A DNA stretch of 64,000 nt from an uncultured Gammaproteobacteria bacterium (GCA_963764725.1 CAVXTM010000001.1:1-64000); one strand, 5' to 3'. Positions 44,608 to 54,949 are shown, counted from the first letter of the stretch. A program made the numbers and translations. Notes: generated by a model from the sequence alone, not told the origin.

Positions 44608-46872
44608 ATGCTTGGCACCCTGCAACACATCGTGCAACAGGTCAATGAGGCGGCCAACCTCGACGAGGCCCTCGCCATCATCGTGCACCGGGTCAAGGAA
44701 GCAATGGCTGTTGATGCATGCTCGGTCTGTATAAAAAACGCAACCGCCGATCACTATGTCCTGATGGCGTCCGACGGCCTCAATCCTGAGTCCGTCGGCA
44801 AAGTCCAATTGGCCGCTAACGAGGGTCTCGTCGGACTGATTGCAGCCCGCCAGGAACTGGTCAATCTAGAAAACGCCGCTGATCATCCAGCCTACCGCTA
44901 TGTTCCTGAGACGGGGGAAGAACGCTACCACAGCTTCCTCGGTGTTCCCCTGGTGCATTTTCGTAAGGTGGTGGGCGTGCTCTACATCCAGCGGCACACA
45001 CGACAGATGTTCGGCCAGGACGAGGTGGCCTTTCTCGTCACCATTGCGGCTCAGCTTGCGGGTGCCCTGAACTCCGCAGCGCCGGACGGCGTTATCACCG
45101 TCTTGCAGAACGATAGGCCCCATAGTGTTAGTTTCAACCAGGGATTGCCCGGTGCGCCCGGGATCGCCATCGGGACGATCGTTCTGCCCTCGCCGTTCGC
45201 GAGCCTCGAGTCGGTCTCGGATCGCGCGCTTCAAGACCTTGTCGTGGAAGAGGCGGCCTTTCGAGAGGCCGTCAGCGCCGTGCAAGAGGAGCTACGCAAC
45301 AGCGCAGAGCTCATGGCGACCCGACTCCCCAGTGAGGCACGTGCCATTTTCGATGTCTATGCGCTGATGTTAGGCAGTGACAGTCTGGTGGAGAAGACGG
45401 TCGCGCGGATCCGGGCTGGCAATTGGGCACCTGGCGCGCTGCGCGACACGATCGCAGAGCATGCGAGGGCTTTCGATCAGATGGAAGACCTCTATCTCCG
45501 GGGCCGGGCCGAGGACGTTCGCGCCATTGGTCGTCGTATCCTCATGTACTTGCAATCCGATGCGCGCGAACCGCGCGCGTACCCGGAAAACAGTATCTTG
45601 CTGGGTGTTGAGGTCAGTCTCGCGCGTATCGCCGAGGTCCCGGCGAACCGACTGGCAGGTGTCGTCTGCCTGCGCGGCTCGGTGCTCTCCCATATTGCGA
45701 TCATCGCCAAGGCTCTGGGCATTCCTGCCGTCATGGATCTAGGGCATCTCCCGATTGGAAACCTGGAGGGTCATCCGATCGTGGTCGACGGCTATCAAGG
45801 GCGGGTGTTTATCGATCCTTCCCCGATAGTCATCGAGGAATTTGAGCGGCTCGTTCACGCGGAGAAGGAACGCACCGTCGAACTGAGGAAATTGCGTGAC
45901 TTGCCTGCGGAAACACTGGACGGGGTGAAGGTGACGCTGAACGTCAATATCGGGCTCATATCCGAGACCAACGAGGTGGAGGAAAGTGGCGCAGACGACG
46001 TAGGGCTATACCGTACCGAGTTCACGTTTATGGTGCGTCACGCCTTTCCCGTGGAGGATGAGCAATACCACGTCTACCGCCAGATACTGGAATCCTTTGC
46101 CCCAAAACCAGTGACCATGCGCACCTTGGACGTGGGTGGGGACAAGCCCTTGCCCTACTATCCTATAAAGGAAGACAACCCGTCTTTGGGCTGGCGAGGG
46201 GTCCGCTTTACCCTGGATCATCCCGAGATCTTCTTAATCCAGCTTCGGGCCCTGCTACGGGCCAATGCGGGGCTCAACAACCTGCGCCTCCTTTTCCCTA
46301 TGGTAAGCCAAGTCCATGAGGTCAAGGAGGCCCGGGCACTACTGGCTCGGGCCCACCGTGAGCACCTCGAGGAAAGGAGAGACTCCGCCATGCCGCCGGT
46401 GGGTATGATGATCGAGGTGCCTTCGACCGTCTACCAGGTTCCGGCACTCGCCAGGTACGTTGATTTCTTCTCCATCGGGACTAATGATCTTACCCAACAC
46501 CTGCTTGCCGTAGACAGAAACAACCCGAATGTGGCGAGGCTTTACGATAGCCTGCACCCGGCGGTGCTGAGGGCGTTGCGCGCCGTTACCAGGATCGCCC
46601 GACGGTATGGTAAACCCGTGAGCGTCTGTGGCGAGATGGCGGGTGATCCGGCTGCCATGATCTTGCTGCTCGGGATGGGCATTGATACGTTCAGTATGAG
46701 CGCAGGGAGTATCCCACGGATTAAATGGGCGATCCGCAGTATTACCCGCAGGCATGCGAAAGCGGTTCTCCGGGAGGCGCTGCAGATGGACAACGCCCGG
46801 GATATCCGCCAGATGCTGAACAGCGAGCTCGAACAGGCGGGCCTCGGCGGGCTTATTCGGCCGGGTAAATAA
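44608..46872 (+). CDS. ptsP: GAF-containing PTS enzyme I (Ntr)
   Basis: N-terminal GAF (PETGEERYHSFLGVP), phospho-His GSVLSHIAI, GLYRTEF, RTLDVGGDK, FSIGTNDLTQ, CGEMAGDP. Confidence 0.93.
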   Translation: MLGTLQHIVQQVNEAANLDEALAIIVHRVKEAMAVDACSVCIKNATADHYVLMASDGLNPESVGKVQLAANEGLVGLIAARQELVNLENAADHPAYRYVPETGEERYHSFLGVPLVHFRKVVGVLYIQRHTRQMFGQDEVAFLVTIAAQLAGALNSAAPDGVITVLQNDRPHSVSFNQGLPGAPGIAIGTIVLPSPFASLESVSDRALQDLVVEEAAFREAVSAVQEELRNSAELMATRLPSEARAIFDVYALMLGSDSLVEKTVARIRAGNWAPGALRDTIAEHARAFDQMEDLYLRGRAEDVRAIGRRILMYLQSDAREPRAYPENSILLGVEVSLARIAEVPANRLAGVVCLRGSVLSHIAIIAKALGIPAVMDLGHLPIGNLEGHPIVVDGYQGRVFIDPSPIVIEEFERLVHAEKERTVELRKLRDLPAETLDGVKVTLNVNIGLISETNEVEESGADDVGLYRTEFTFMVRHAFPVEDEQYHVYRQILESFAPKPVTMRTLDVGGDKPLPYYPIKEDNPSLGWRGVRFTLDHPEIFLIQLRALLRANAGLNNLRLLFPMVSQVHEVKEARALLARAHREHLEERRDSAMPPVGMMIEVPSTVYQVPALARYVDFFSIGTNDLTQHLLAVDRNNPNVARLYDSLHPAVLRALRAVTRIARRYGKPVSVCGEMAGDPAAMILLLGMGIDTFSMSAGSIPRIKWAIRSITRRHAKAVLREALQMDNARDIRQMLNSELEQAGLGGLIRPGK

Positions 46873-47016
46873 AATGATCCCGGTTGCCAAACGGGTCGTG
46901 GCCGTGAGCGATTGCGGGTGTTCCGGAAGTTGCGCTGATCTCGGTCGGGTCAAGGCGTTTAGGATCCCGCAAAAATGTCGGCGGTTCACGAGCACCATCG
47001 ACGCAGAGGGTAGGTC

Positions 47017-47514
47017 ATGTCTAAGCTAGCACTGAAGATCCAACGCTACTGCAAGAGCTTGCTGCTCTTGGAGCTTCTTAAAGAGCTCGCGCTCACGGGG
47101 CGACACTTGCAGGAAGAAGATCACGATTTTCTATCCGGAGGAAAAGACGCCACAATCGGGACGGTTTCGAGGCCTCCATGCGCTGCGGCGCTATCCGAAT
47201 GGAGAAGAGCGGTGTATCGCCTGCAAGCTCTGTGAGGCCGTGTGCCCCGCAGTAGCCATTACGATCGACTCTGAGGAGAGGGCAGACAGAACTCGGCCAC
47301 GACACGATACGACATCGACTTGTTCAAGCGTGTTTACTGTGGCTTCTGCGAGGAGGCATGCCCGACAGATGCCATCGTGCAGACACGGATTTTCGAGTGG
47401 CATTACGAGAAGCGAGGCGACGAGGTCATCGGCAAGGAGCGCTTGCTGGCGATCGGCGACCGCATGGAAGCAGAGATCGCAGCGAACCGTGCGTTGGATG
47501 CACCCTATCGGTGA
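47017..47514 (+). pseudogene. nuoI: NuoI-like gene, frameshifted (copy 2)
   Basis: [17 protein letters not shown]...[45 protein letters not shown]...DAPYR across frames. Confidence 0.8.
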
Positions 47515-47571
47515 CAGCTCCACATCTGCTCAGCTGTCAGCGGACGTGGCTAAAGCTCGGAGAAGAGGTTT

Positions 47572-47757
47572 ATGGTGGAGCACAAGATAGAGATGAGAAA
47601 TTCTAGACAACTCTCACCCACGGATAACCTTGAGGCGCAGGACTCGTTGGAAGTGGATAAAGCACTCGATGAGGCACTGGAATTGACGTTTCCCGCGAGC
47701 GATCCGATTGCTGTGTCGCCCGGCGCACCGCATCAAACTCCGGCCTCTCTTGGCTGA
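47572..47757 (+). CDS. Small conserved hypothetical protein
   Basis: [14 protein letters not shown] motif; GAGG RBS. Confidence 0.55.
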   Translation: MVEHKIEMRNSRQLSPTDNLEAQDSLEVDKALDEALELTFPASDPIAVSPGAPHQTPASLG

Positions 47758-47777
47758 ACCAGCCCTTTCGGCTGCCG

Positions 47778-48917
47778 GTGTCTCAATACCATCGCCAAGC
47801 TCCGTTGAAAGAGAGAAACCTGCGTGGGGCACGTCCTCCCAGCTCGCTACCCATTTCGGTGCCGCTCATTGTCCTGATTTTGTTGGCGGGGATCGGCCTG
47901 TGGACGTCTTACTACACGATTCCGGCCGAGTCAGAGGGCGTTGTGCTCCGATTCGGAAAGTACATCGATAAGGTCCCGCCAGGTCTGCATTTTAAACTCC
48001 CGTTCGGAATCGACGCCGTCATCGCGGTACCGATCCAGCGGCAGTTGAAACAGGAGTTCGGCTTCGCCACCCCCGACGCCACCCATCCGGATCAGGTGGG
48101 GGCCGAACCAGCAAAAGAACAATCCATGGTCACGGGAGACCTCAATTCCGTGCTGGTCGAGTGGATCGTGCAATACCGTATCACCGACTCGGAGAAATAC
48201 TGGTTCGCGGTGCGCGAGCCGGGCCAAACGCTACGCGATATCTCCGAGTCCGTCATGCGGGAGGCGGTCGGGGATCGGACGGTCGACGAAGTCATCACGG
48301 TGGGGCGGCAAGATATTGAGACTACCGCCCTCAACCGGATGCGCGAGATGGCGGAGCGCTATCATCTGGGCGTATCTGTCGACCAGGTGCAGTTGAAGAA
48401 CGTAAATCCGCCCGAGCCCGTACAAGCCTCCTTTAATGAGGTGAACCGGGCGCAGCAGGACCGGGAGAATTTTATCAACGTGGCCAACGGTGAGTACAAC
48501 AAGGCCGTGCCCCGTGTGCGCGGGGAGGCGGACCAGAAAATACGCGCGGCCGAGGGCTTGCTCGAACGCATCCACCAGCGCATGATCAGCGAGCGGCTAC
48601 AGATCGTGCAGCGATTCCGTTCCGAAGGAGCGGGCGAGGCCGCGCGGATCTCCGGGAAGAAGGAACGCGACATTAACGAGATCGTGTCCACGGCCTACAA
48701 GCGGGTGCAGGAGATCCGTGGAGAGGCGGACGCCAAGGCCACGGAGATCTACGCTAAAGCTTACACGCAGCGGCCTGAAGCGGCCGACTTCTACAGGTTT
48801 CTGAAGAGCATGGCAACCTATCGCAAGGTCATCACCAACGACGCCACGATCGTCCTCTCAACCAACAGCGATCTCTTCGCACTGCTCAGGCGCATTGAGC
48901 CGAAGAGCCGAGACTAG
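47778..48917 (+). CDS. HflK-HflC chimeric SPFH protein
   Basis: HflK-like to YNKAVPRVRGEADQKIRAAEG, then abruptly HflC-like RMISER...RFRSEG...IRGEADA...FYRFLKSM. Confidence 0.8.
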   Translation: MSQYHRQAPLKERNLRGARPPSSLPISVPLIVLILLAGIGLWTSYYTIPAESEGVVLRFGKYIDKVPPGLHFKLPFGIDAVIAVPIQRQLKQEFGFATPDATHPDQVGAEPAKEQSMVTGDLNSVLVEWIVQYRITDSEKYWFAVREPGQTLRDISESVMREAVGDRTVDEVITVGRQDIETTALNRMREMAERYHLGVSVDQVQLKNVNPPEPVQASFNEVNRAQQDRENFINVANGEYNKAVPRVRGEADQKIRAAEGLLERIHQRMISERLQIVQRFRSEGAGEAARISGKKERDINEIVSTAYKRVQEIRGEADAKATEIYAKAYTQRPEAADFYRFLKSMATYRKVITNDATIVLSTNSDLFALLRRIEPKSRD

Positions 48918-48938
48918 ATGCCTAGTTGTGTGCATTAA

Positions 48939-49822
48939 GGAACCTCTGAACAAGAAATCAAGAATGGTTGCGCGGCGTGCATACGAATCGATTTCAGACG
49001 GAAACGCGGCCGGGAGGCCCGTTTTTCATCGTTCAGGGGCCATTTTCGCGCCGTTTACCATGCTGCAGACATACTACGCCCCCGACAGTCGCCACAGCCG
49101 CCGGCGCATCAGGTACAGATTGGTCAGCGCACAGGTGACGAACAGGCGGTGTGCGCTCCATCCTCAGGGCGCCAAGCAGGCCCATCCTTGGGCCTGGCTC
49201 TCTTCGCCAACCCCTTGTAGCGGGTCTTCACGAAGCCGAAGATACGCTTAATGATGAGAAAGGGGTGCTCGACCTTGGCGCGCACGCTGGACTTGGTTTT
49301 GTTCTTCGCCCGTTGGATAACGGTAACGTCGATGGGTGAAATCGGTGGCCTTCGGTGCGTGCTTGCGTATGACCTCACTCTGCCCCTGATAGGCCGAGTC
49401 GCCCCAGACGCATGTCTCCTCCCCGTGCAAGAGATCGGGCAGACACACCGAGTCGTGCACATGGGCCGGGGTGGCGACCACCGCGTGGATGAGCTTGGTT
49501 TGACTGTCCACACCGATGTGCGCTTCATCCCGAAATACCACTGATTGCCTTTCTTGGTCGGATGCATGTCCGGGTCACGGCACTTGTCTTTGTTCTTGGT
49601 CGAGGGCGGGGCGCTGATAATCGTGGCATCGACAATCGTGCCGGTGCCAATCTTGATGCCCTGGCGCTCCAAGTACCCATGCACCTGCTCGAACAGCTTC
49701 TCACCCAGCCCATGTGCCTCCAACAAATGGCGGAAGCGCAGCACCGTGGACTCATCGGGCACCGGCATCTCCCCCAAGTCGATGCCCGCAAACCGGCGCA
49801 TCGACACCGAGTCGTACAGGGT
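48939..49822 (-). mobile_element. Truncated, frameshifted IS5-family element
   Basis: PDESTVLRFRHLLE, TIVDATII.APPSTKN, QWYFGMK, VRAKVEHPF; terminal GGAACCTCTGAACAA after TTAA. Confidence 0.85.
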
Positions 49823-50142
49823 CAAGGTCATACGACTGCCTCCGCGATCGCCGAATTTGAATGCCTACGCCGAGCGCTTCGTACGTTCAATCAAGGACGA
49901 ATTAATCTATCGCATGATCTTCTTCGGCGAGGTCTCGCTGCGTCGGGCATTCAAAGAATACATGGCTCATTATCACACCGAACGGAATCATCAGGGCATG
50001 GGAAATCGACTGATCGCGCCCTCGAATGTGGTTGCACTCAGACAGGGAGTCGTTCAACACCGTGATCGGCTCGGTGGAATGTTGCGCTACTACCATCGGG
50101 AAGCCGCGTAAACTGGCCCCGTCATAAATTTGGACAATACGG
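49823..50142 (+). pseudogene. Integrase-core (rve) transposase 3' remnant
   Basis: LPPRSPNLNAYAERFVRSIK...HYHTERNHQG...RLGGMLRYY.R.AA. Confidence 0.75.
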
Positions 50143-50224
50143 CATATGACTTTACATTTTGACATTGCGACTTTAACCCTGCTCAAATGGTGCCCTCGAC
50201 CCAAATTAAATATAAGGAGTTCTT

Positions 50225-50560
50225 ATGAAAGCGCTTTTGCTCACAGCCTTGATGATCGCCCCCTTCGCCTCCTCCGCCGCGAGCTCTTACAGCTGCGTCC
50301 TCAGAGGCAAAGCCGGCGTGAAGTATGAAACATTGCAAGAGATCATCTCCATCGAAAACGCCAACTTAGCCAGCCGCCGAGCTGAAATCGAAGCCAACTA
50401 TCGTGAAGAGATGAGCAAATTGCACTGCAATACCTGCTCTGAAGCGGCCAATCGCCTGGTCGTGGAACGCAACGGAGCCATGGCTGCCTCTGTGGACGGC
50501 TGGCGCGCCGACCTACAAGACCAATGCTCCGTTAAAGGCTGCCAAGTTATTTGCGAATAG
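50225..50560 (+). CDS. Small secreted Cys-containing hypothetical protein
   Basis: AGGAG RBS, signal peptide, six Cys including CxxC. Confidence 0.6.
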   Translation: MKALLLTALMIAPFASSAASSYSCVLRGKAGVKYETLQEIISIENANLASRRAEIEANYREEMSKLHCNTCSEAANRLVVERNGAMAASVDGWRADLQDQCSVKGCQVICE

Positions 50561-50741
50561 TTATTTCTGAGCTTTCAAATTGGCGAGAACGGTCGCGACT
50601 TTGTCGGCATCTTTAACCGGATCGACTTCTTTGTCGATGGCCCGGATTTTCAATTCAGGATCGAGGATAAACGTCCACCGCTTGGACATATTCATCATTG
50701 GCATTTTGGTGCCGTAGAGCTTGATGATATCGACCTGAGCT
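50560..50741 (-). pseudogene. Peroxiredoxin (BCP-like) C-terminal fragment
   Basis: IIKLYGTKMPMMNMSKRWTFILDPELKIRAIDKEVDPVKDA..V. Confidence 0.55.
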
Positions 50742-50799
50742 TACACACCGTCCCCAGCCAAACGGCACCGCCCACCCAACAGCGCTGTGTCAGCGAACA

Positions 50800-51263
50800 G
50801 GGCAACGTACCAGGCAAAGCCCTTAGTGTAGAGCGGGTTGTCGGCCAGAAAGTCCAGACGCTCGCGCTTCACCGTAGCGCACTTCCGACAGCGCACCCGC
50901 CGGATCTCCAACTCGAGCCACACGCGTGTGTCGCCGCAAGAAAGGTCCCGTACCTGCCGGACCTTCTTGTCGTACCAGCTCCGATGCACGGTCCCGCAGG
51001 CCCCGCAAATCGTTTTTTTGAGCCTCGGACGAGCGTGATGATGCGGGCCTTCGGTTCCCCGAAGACACCGCGTACGGTTGCCCGCGGACGGAAGCCTTCG
51101 AAGGCGTATGTGTCGGTGAGCCGACGGGGGCGTTTGCATTGGGTTGCCATCGCCGCAGCATGCCAGAAATCACCGCCCCTTCAACCGGACCCAACGCCTC
51201 GCCTGGCAAGCCTCGCAGCGTGATCATGACCCCTAAACTACCCACACGACTTCACGAAGACCC
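50800..51263 (-). mobile_element. ISL3-family 5' remnant
   Basis: CGACG...YD...RQVRDLSCG...LE.RRV.C..C zinc finger; GGGTCTT terminus near 51263. Confidence 0.75.
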
Positions 51264-51570
51264 TATAAAGTTTTGTATGACCTTTTAGACAAACTTTCCT
51301 AAAAGGATACGTTGTGGCTCATTAACTTCTATATTTGTATCCAAGGTAACCTCCAACGAGTGAGGACTGGTTCACACCCTGGGGTTCAGTATCGCACTTT
51401 ACGATGGACACGACACACGCATAGTCGCTACTCACATCGGCCCGCCACGCCCAGTTTGCGATGATGCACGAGCAATGGTACTAGGATAGCGTATTATCTC
51501 ACCATCAGAGAATCTCCCTGTTCAGTGGATCACGCTCCAATATAAGCTCGAAATAAACGTCAACGACGAA

Positions 51571-53130
51571 GTGTCCGTGTCCGCGCCGAAAGACCTTATG
51601 GAGGCTGTCTTGGATCGCCCCAACCGCATCGCGCAATCGCTACGTGCGGGGCGATTCTTCTGGACTATCGAGTTCGTCGCCTCCAGCACCCCCGTGCTCC
51701 GCGAAGACCTGGTGATCATCGATGCCTTTGTGCGCGCGCTGGCCGGGCGCCCGGAGATCGCCGGCTTCTCGGTCACCGACCGTGTCCATTCCGACCAGGA
51801 CCCCGATCCGGTGACGATGGCGGTCCAGGTGCGGGAGCACAGCGGGAGCGAGCCGCTCATCCATTGGGCGGGCAAGGACCGGGACCTCGAGGATCTCGAC
51901 GCGACCTTGCAGCGGATGCAGGGGCAGCGCTTGGAAAACCTGTTGTTGCTGAGCGGCGATAAACTCAAGGATCCACCCGTTGACCGACGCCCACGCTACC
52001 TCGAGTCGGTGCCGGCGATCCGCGCCGCGAGACAAGCCATGCCGGACCTCATAATCGCGGCGGCCCTAAACCCGTTCAAGTATCGCGAAGAAGAGGCGAT
52101 GGCCCAGTACCTGAAACTCGGCAAGAAGGTCGCCGCCGGCGCCGATTTCATCGTCACCCAGATAGGCTTCGATAGCAACAAGTTCGAGGAGGCGCTGTTC
52201 TGGATGGACACGCGCGGCTACCGCGTGCCGATGGTGGCCGATGTGATGGCATTATCCGCGCGGCGGGCTCGCTATATTCGTAAGAATCCGCTCCCCGGGG
52301 TTACCATCACGGACTCCTATCATCGCCTACTGGACGAAGAGGAGCGACTGATGCCCGAGCGGGCCCGGGCGCGAGTGACGCGCCGTCTGGCTCTCCAAAT
52401 CCTAAGCTTGCGCATGCTTGGGTACTCCGGTGTACAGCTCACTGCCATCCACTCGCTAGAGACTCTGGTAACACTGCTCCATCAGATCGACTACCTCGCC
52501 GACCGATGTCCCGATCGCATGAGCTGGAATAAGGCTTGGGCAGAGGCTCTGTCCCTGCCCAATGGCGTTCGCGCCGATCCGGTGCCCGAAGCGCCCTGGT
52601 ACATGGTAGACCGACACGTCCGCCACGCGCCTCGCCGAGACATGATCAAATATGTAGTCATGGAGAAAGCGCATCGGGTCTTGTTCGAAGACGGGGCGGG
52701 TGCGCGTTTCCTGGGTGGGTTGGTACGGGGTATTCGGCGGCAAAGCCGGGCGGACCGGTGGTTAGAGCGTTTCGAACGGATCATAAAAGCACCCTTGTTT
52801 GGTTGTGAAAGCTGCGGCCTATGCCGGCTGGCAGCGACGCAGTATGTATGCCCGGAGACCTGTCCGAAAGGGCTTGCCAACGGCGCCTGCGGTGGGACGC
52901 ACATGAACCGCTGTGAGTTTGAAGACCGTGAGTGTATCCATAGCCGGAAGTACCGAATTGCCAAGGACGCCGGCATCCTACAGCAGCTAGAACGCTGGCT
53001 GATCCCGGCGGTTCCGAAGGCGATCCGGCATACCTCGTCGTGGCCGCCGCACTTCCGGGGTGAAGGTCCGGCGATCGAGATGGTGGATATGAGCGGTTAC
53101 GGCGGGCGTGGCGGGACGGAGAAAGTTTAA
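51571..53130 (+). CDS. metF: Methylenetetrahydrofolate reductase with Cys-rich C-terminal (MetV-like) domain
   Basis: H..GKDR, LLLSGD, NPFKY, KKVAAGADFIVTQIGFD; C-terminal CESCGLC...CPETCPKGLANGACGG...CE....CIH. Confidence 0.82.
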   Translation: MSVSAPKDLMEAVLDRPNRIAQSLRAGRFFWTIEFVASSTPVLREDLVIIDAFVRALAGRPEIAGFSVTDRVHSDQDPDPVTMAVQVREHSGSEPLIHWAGKDRDLEDLDATLQRMQGQRLENLLLLSGDKLKDPPVDRRPRYLESVPAIRAARQAMPDLIIAAALNPFKYREEEAMAQYLKLGKKVAAGADFIVTQIGFDSNKFEEALFWMDTRGYRVPMVADVMALSARRARYIRKNPLPGVTITDSYHRLLDEEERLMPERARARVTRRLALQILSLRMLGYSGVQLTAIHSLETLVTLLHQIDYLADRCPDRMSWNKAWAEALSLPNGVRADPVPEAPWYMVDRHVRHAPRRDMIKYVVMEKAHRVLFEDGAGARFLGGLVRGIRRQSRADRWLERFERIIKAPLFGCESCGLCRLAATQYVCPETCPKGLANGACGGTHMNRCEFEDRECIHSRKYRIAKDAGILQQLERWLIPAVPKAIRHTSSWPPHFRGEGPAIEMVDMSGYGGRGGTEKV

Positions 53131-53398
53131 CCATCCGAAAACAAACTAGGCGCTTACGGCGGTTAAAGTCACATGTTGGTAGTAAGTAATAAAGCTCCGC
53201 TTGTTAGAAATCTTCCTGGCCTTGCCAACGGACGTAATTTCGTACCGGAATTGATCTGATCTTCTTGGAGTTTTTGTCTCGCCGATGGGGCGTAGATGAC
53301 AAAGTGTACGAGGTGAAGGGGCAGTGCACCTCTGGAATAATATTGAGTATGTAACAACTTGCCGAGACGGCCCGTCAAAGCAATCGGTCACAAAGGTG

Positions 53399-53426
53399 TT
53401 GACAAACCTATGCTGCAATGCAACAA
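53399..53426 (+). promoter_or_regulatory. Promoter (-35 TTGACA) overlapping a PhaR-like TGC-rich site
   Basis: TTGACAAACCTATGCTGCAATGCAACAA upstream of a phasin gene. Confidence 0.55.
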
Positions 53427-53477
53427 TACCGCATTGGAACAACGACACCGTTCCCTAACCTAACTGCGAGAATGCTA

Positions 53478-53849
53478 ATGAAAAACGACATCTTCGAATA
53501 TTGGACCAAATCTGGAAACACCTTTTCTGAATCGATGGAGGCACTCACCGAGATCAACACCAAGGCCTTCACCAAGTTGACCGAGCAACAGCAGGCCCTC
53601 GTGACTAACCTGAGCGAAGTCTGCGCCCACCAGATCCAGCTGGCCACTGAGTCTAAAGGGCATGCGGAGCTGTTGTCCGGCCAGGCCAAACTAGCGGCCA
53701 AGCAGCGTGAAAAGCTGCTCACCATCGTCAGCGATACGACCAGTGTGCTCGAAGCTGCCAGAGCCGAACTCACCGCTTGGGTGGAAAAAGGCTTCGAAGC
53801 CGTGACTCAGCCCTTGAGCAAGGTCGCGGGTGCCAAGCAGGCTGCGTAA
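53478..53849 (+). CDS. Phasin family protein
   Basis: L.EINTKAF.KL.EQQ...R.EL..W.EK; helical PhaP-like; upstream TGC-rich site. Confidence 0.75.
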   Translation: MKNDIFEYWTKSGNTFSESMEALTEINTKAFTKLTEQQQALVTNLSEVCAHQIQLATESKGHAELLSGQAKLAAKQREKLLTIVSDTTSVLEAARAELTAWVEKGFEAVTQPLSKVAGAKQAA

Positions 53850-53876
53850 CCAATACTCATCGCCTGCTTTTGTTCT

Positions 53877-53910
53877 GCCGGTATCCCACGAAGGTGGGAC
53901 ACCGGCTTTT
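53877..53910 (+). terminator. Intrinsic terminator
   Basis: GCCGGTATCCCAC-GAAG-GTGGGACACCGGC followed by TTTT. Confidence 0.75.
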
Positions 53911-54094
53911 CCCCACCAGCTTGTTTATTTCTGCAACTCTTGCGCAGAGGCAGCAGCGCGATGGCGGACGTTAGCGGGGAGATGCGTTGGGGTGTGAGCT
54001 CACATTCGCTATTGGGTTCTGGCCTGACGCTCGGTCTCGGTTGCCTACGTTTTTCGATGAACTCGATATAAGAAACCTATCCGGGAGGCGATGA

Positions 54095-54728
54095 ATGAAA
54101 CAGGAATTCACGGTATCCGCTCTTCAACGCCAACGACGACGCTACCGCGGTTCAGTCGGGATCAGCCAAATGAACCAAGGGCACGGATTCCGAGCCGCGT
54201 TTAGGGACGCTGAAACCGGCATCATTTACGGTTGTTGTTACGCCGACGGCCGCCCCGCCCCCGTTCATCTCCTCGATGGATTGCCAGTTTCCTTGGTGCT
54301 CGCGCGGGCACCTAGCGGGAAAGTCACCGCTGTCAAGAGGTCCGTCGTCGCCGGCTTTGTCCCGGGACGGACGCTTCTACACCCGCGATGAGGCGGTGCG
54401 GAGCGTAACGAGCGAGGTGGGATCTGTAATTTCCCTCGGAGCGTGCGATGCGATCACGGTCGCCGGACCACCGAGCAGAGACGAATTCGATCAGCGCTAT
54501 GACGCCGATTCTTGTGGCCAGATCATGGAGTGCGGTTGGTTGGCTTTCCGGGTCACGGCCGCAGCTCTAGAAACAAGATGGCTCGCGCTGGCGGAGTTGG
54601 CGTCTCGCCTACTGCTACCCCACGCCTCAATGCTGGGCGGCGATTTGGTGGGGCGGCTGTTTTGCCCGAGCCATACCCCCGGATCTGCCTGTCTGTCGCG
54701 AATTCCTAAGGAACTTCTGAACAGGTAG
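54095..54728 (+). CDS. Conserved hypothetical protein, +1 frameshift near 54360; end uncertain
   Basis: GGAGG RBS; GF.AAFRD.ETG....ADGRPAPVHLLDGLP...VAGF then shifted RDGRFYTRDEA. Confidence 0.5.
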
Positions 54729-54835
54729 CGAAATTCAGTAGCCCCGCCGCCTCTAGCACACCGTACAGTGGCAGCCCGTAGAACACCCCAGTCCGCTTGT
54801 TTGTCACAACCTTGTCACACCCAGAATGACGCAAT

Positions 54836-54867
54836 ATGATTAATCATGATGCATCATGATTAATCAT
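54836..54867. repeat. Perfect 32-bp palindrome near island right end
   Basis: ATGATTAATCATGATG-CATCATGATTAATCAT. Confidence 0.95.
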
Positions 54868-54949
54868 TGTTACGCTATTTTTCGATCTATCAAAGGATTA
54901 GGCGTGTAAGTGCTTGACATAAAAAAACAAATAATTTCGCAGCGGCGCA

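Noticed and set aside
53826-53842. GGGTGCCAAGCAGGC resembling the 44-bp mini-element
   Set aside because: Only the central part matches, it encodes the phasin C-terminus (AGAKQA), and both CATCC motifs are missing
54706-54723. CTAA-GGAACTTCTGAACA resembling the IS5 end at 48939, as a composite transposon boundary
   Set aside because: Same orientation as the 48939 end and no adjoining transposase; at most a solo scar
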